From an uncultured Bacteroides sp. (GTDB taxonomy: Bacteria > Bacteroidota > Bacteroidia > Bacteroidales > Muribaculaceae), in assembly GCA_964582335.1 (NCBI GenBank), contig CAZORI010000004.1:23953-87952 (forward strand): 64,000 bases of DNA. Direction: 5' to 3'. Made by a program: the position numbers and the translations under genes. Within the stretch, counting starts at the first letter, position 1, and every line of letters begins with the position of its first letter. The notes below the pieces were generated by a model. It did no database searches. It saw only the letters and a program-made list of their open reading frames with translations, and was not told the DNA's origin. Shown here piece after piece: positions 61,681-64,000 of the stretch.

Positions 61681-63117
61681 TCATCGCTGCAGCCAATCCA
61701 TTGGATTGAGCTTGTCGCGCTCCTTGCGCACCTCGAAATGAAGCACCGTGCGATTGTCATCAGCTGGGTCGCCGTAGATAGTGCCTAATTGCTGACCTGC
61801 CTTCACAGCTTCGCCCTTGCGCACCGATAGCTTCTCGATGTTGGCATAAATGGTGAGGTACTCGCCATGTCGCACCATCACAATATGATGATACCCATCG
61901 ATATTGAAAATCGATGACACAGTGCCCGGATACACAGCCCTCGCGCTTGATCCGGGCACTGTGAGTATGTCGATGCCCGGATTGTCGATTTCAACCTTCG
62001 ACAAGTCGCCATAGCGGCTGCGGCCAAATTGGCCGACGATAGTGTATTTGCCCGACACCGGGAAAAGCAGTTTGCCCTTGCTTTTGGCAAAGGTGGAGGC
62101 TGCCGAAGCCACAATCCTCGACTCCTGCTTTTCAGCTACTACGGCCACGTCATTTTTCGGCACCACAGGGGTCGTGTTCGCCGGCTTTTGCTGTTTCTGC
62201 GGCTTATTCTTTTGCTCGCTCGTCGGCTTTTGCTCTTTTGCCTTCTTTTCATTTTTCTCGGCTTCTTTTTGCAGAGCAAGCTGGCGCTCTTCGTCGGCCT
62301 TGCGCTTTGCCTCGCGCTCGGCGGCAAGCCTGCGCTGCTCTTCCTCCACGCGACGGCGCTCTTCCTCCTCGGCTATGCGCTGCTCTTCGGCAATTGCCTT
62401 TTCCAATTCAGCATTAAGCTTGGCGAGGCTTTGTTGGCGCTCATTCAATTCTTGCTCCAGAGTCGAGCCTTGGCGCTTCAAGTCGTTGACAAGCGCCTGC
62501 ATTTCATCTTGTTGATTTTGCAGAGCCTCTTGCTGCTTCTCCAATGATTTCACGGCTCGATTCTGCTGTGAATGCAGCGAGTCGAGACGCACGCGCTTAG
62601 CAGCCAACTCCGTTACATTAGCCTCAAGGCGCTTGGTCGATTTTACGCGGCTCCGCTCGAGCTCTTGCAGATACGAGCCACGACGCATTGCCTCGTTGAA
62701 TGATTTTGACGACAACACCATAGCCAAGCCCGACATCGACTGCCTGCGCTGGCGCGAATCGCGCAGAGCCTGCGCGCTGCTTTGCTTGAGCACATTCACA
62801 TCATGAGTCAGCTTGTCAATCGAGTCATTGACTACGGCGATGTTTTTCTCTAATCTGGCTATCTGGCTATGGAGATTCGTAATTTTTTTTTGCGTCTCCC
62901 CTATCTTGCTTTGCACTGCCATGAGTTGATTCAGCTTTTGGCCTACCTCCTTCTTATTGGCGGCGATTTTCTGCTGTGTCTGCTTCAACTGGCGCGTGGC
63001 CGCCTGCCGCTCCTTCTTCACCGAGTTCGACGAACGCGTCTTTGGGGCAGCCTCCAAGGCCGAGCATTCTGATATGCCCAGAACCAAGCTAACCAAAAAA
63101 ACAAGCCATATACGCAT
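61681..63117 (-). CDS. envC: EnvC-like murein hydrolase activator (coiled coil + degenerate M23)
   Basis: Long coiled coil; M23 domain with NPGID in place of HxxxD and VLHFE in place of HxH. Confidence 0.85.
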   Translation of the reverse strand: MRIWLVFLVSLVLGISECSALEAAPKTRSSNSVKKERQAATRQLKQTQQKIAANKKEVGQKLNQLMAVQSKIGETQKKITNLHSQIARLEKNIAVVNDSIDKLTHDVNVLKQSSAQALRDSRQRRQSMSGLAMVLSSKSFNEAMRRGSYLQELERSRVKSTKRLEANVTELAAKRVRLDSLHSQQNRAVKSLEKQQEALQNQQDEMQALVNDLKRQGSTLEQELNERQQSLAKLNAELEKAIAEEQRIAEEEERRRVEEEQRRLAAEREAKRKADEERQLALQKEAEKNEKKAKEQKPTSEQKNKPQKQQKPANTTPVVPKNDVAVVAEKQESRIVASAASTFAKSKGKLLFPVSGKYTIVGQFGRSRYGDLSKVEIDNPGIDILTVPGSSARAVYPGTVSSIFNIDGYHHIVMVRHGEYLTIYANIEKLSVRKGEAVKAGQQLGTIYGDPADDNRTVLHFEVRKERDKLNPMDWLQR

Positions 63118-63173
63118 TGTGAATGTTCAATAACTATTTATAGGATTAGAGATATTATTTGTGCATTGTGCGC

Positions 63174-63917
63174 TCAATCTTTCGATGAGAGGTATTTTGC
63201 GGCGTCTATTCGCTTGTACGTGTCATTGGGCTCCGCAAACTTTAATTCTCGATTGGTGTTCCATTCGGCCTTGTCGAGGCGCCAGCCTATCCTGCCGGCA
63301 ATCGGCTTGCCCAAGCCCACGGCATTAAGCACTAAGGCGCTTGCTACAATACCTGCCGGCGACTGGGCATGTCCGTCGTACGACACCTGCACGTATCTAT
63401 CGTCGCCCTTCGACAAAATCAATGATTGCAGCGCCGGAGGATCTTGATCGGTGACAGCGGCCTCGATGTTGTCAGTGATTATGTCACGAGTAGGTGGAAA
63501 CAGCTGTCCGAGAAGGCAGTCCTGCACATCCGACACCGTAAGCGGGTATTTTGCGAGCAGCGCCTCCAGGCTTTCGTGCACATATGCGTGGCGCATTTTA
63601 TCCACCACCCACACCTGCTCATTGTCGATCAATAGAGCGCCTACTTCCATGCCAAGCACCCTAAGCGACATGTGAATCCACTCGCCGCGCCTCATGCTCA
63701 CGCGCCCCGACACAGATTGGTTGATAGGCGATTGCAGCGACAATGTAAGTGGCATGTACACGTCGGCCCACTCTTGATAGGTGTCCGACAAAGGACCATA
63801 CACTTGCTGCAACGCCTGCAAAGGAGTCTCGGGGAAAACTGGCTGCTCCGTTTTGGCTTGCCGCTTACAGCCGGCAAGCGACACTATGACAATGATTGCA
63901 AATATAATTCTACGCAT
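63174..63917 (-). CDS. DUF4292-family lipoprotein
   Basis: Lipobox SLAGC and 'MRRGEWIHMSLRVLGMEVG'; lies upstream of envC as in other Bacteroidetes. Confidence 0.75.
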   Translation of the reverse strand: MRRIIFAIIVIVSLAGCKRQAKTEQPVFPETPLQALQQVYGPLSDTYQEWADVYMPLTLSLQSPINQSVSGRVSMRRGEWIHMSLRVLGMEVGALLIDNEQVWVVDKMRHAYVHESLEALLAKYPLTVSDVQDCLLGQLFPPTRDIITDNIEAAVTDQDPPALQSLILSKGDDRYVQVSYDGHAQSPAGIVASALVLNAVGLGKPIAGRIGWRLDKAEWNTNRELKFAEPNDTYKRIDAAKYLSSKD

Positions 63918-63937
63918 TTCTTACGATTCGATGTACA

Positions 63938-64000
63938 TTATTCAATATAAGTGCCTTGCTTCACCTTCTGTGCAAGCAATTCGTTTTTTGGGTCGAGCTC
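63938..64000 (-). CDS. 3' end of an upstream gene cut by the window edge (probably the TPR protein usually found before DUF4292-envC)
   Basis: Minus frame reads ELDPKNELLAQKVKQGTYIE*. Confidence 0.5.
   Translation of the reverse strand, partial: ELDPKNELLAQKVKQGTYIE

Overview
Chromosomal window from a Bacteroidales bacterium. The evidence is Bacteroidetes TAnnTTTG -7 promoter boxes, AT-rich translation initiation regions without Shine-Dalgarno sequences, and Bacteroidetes-type atp and nuo genes; a Muribaculaceae-like lineage is a guess. It is mostly housekeeping: wza/wzz, PPi-PFK, hisS, a PIF1-like helicase, a TolC/MacAB-type ABC exporter, lptF-like, ribBA, fba, glycine-tRNA ligase, dusB, gpmI, comF, MATE, envC. 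The standout feature is a complete F-type ATP synthase operon (atpD-C-B-E-F-H-A-G) sitting inside the 11-subunit complex I operon, between nuoH and nuoI. This gives an 18-gene, ~17.4 kb co-oriented unit with one evident upstream promoter, a structured leader and one terminal terminator; its NuoI carries a ~100-aa Ala/Lys tail. Other notable items: (1) an inositol-lipid cluster (pgpA, GtrA, CDP-alcohol transferase, IPC synthase) with no MIPS gene but led by an ATP-grasp protein with an ITPK1-like motif; (2) a 93-aa protein whose motif spacing matches eukaryotic PHPT1/Janus phosphohistidine phosphatases; (3) a compositionally distinct island of three GLPGLI proteins plus a beta-barrel carrying an in-frame 9-bp VNTR; (4) a KDN (sialic-acid analogue) biosynthesis trio; (5) a candidate antisense-oriented small RNA or small peptide locus at ~14.9-15.2 kb. 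No tRNA, rRNA, CRISPR array, integrase or transposase was seen. All homology calls are by eye from motifs and memory; no searches were run.
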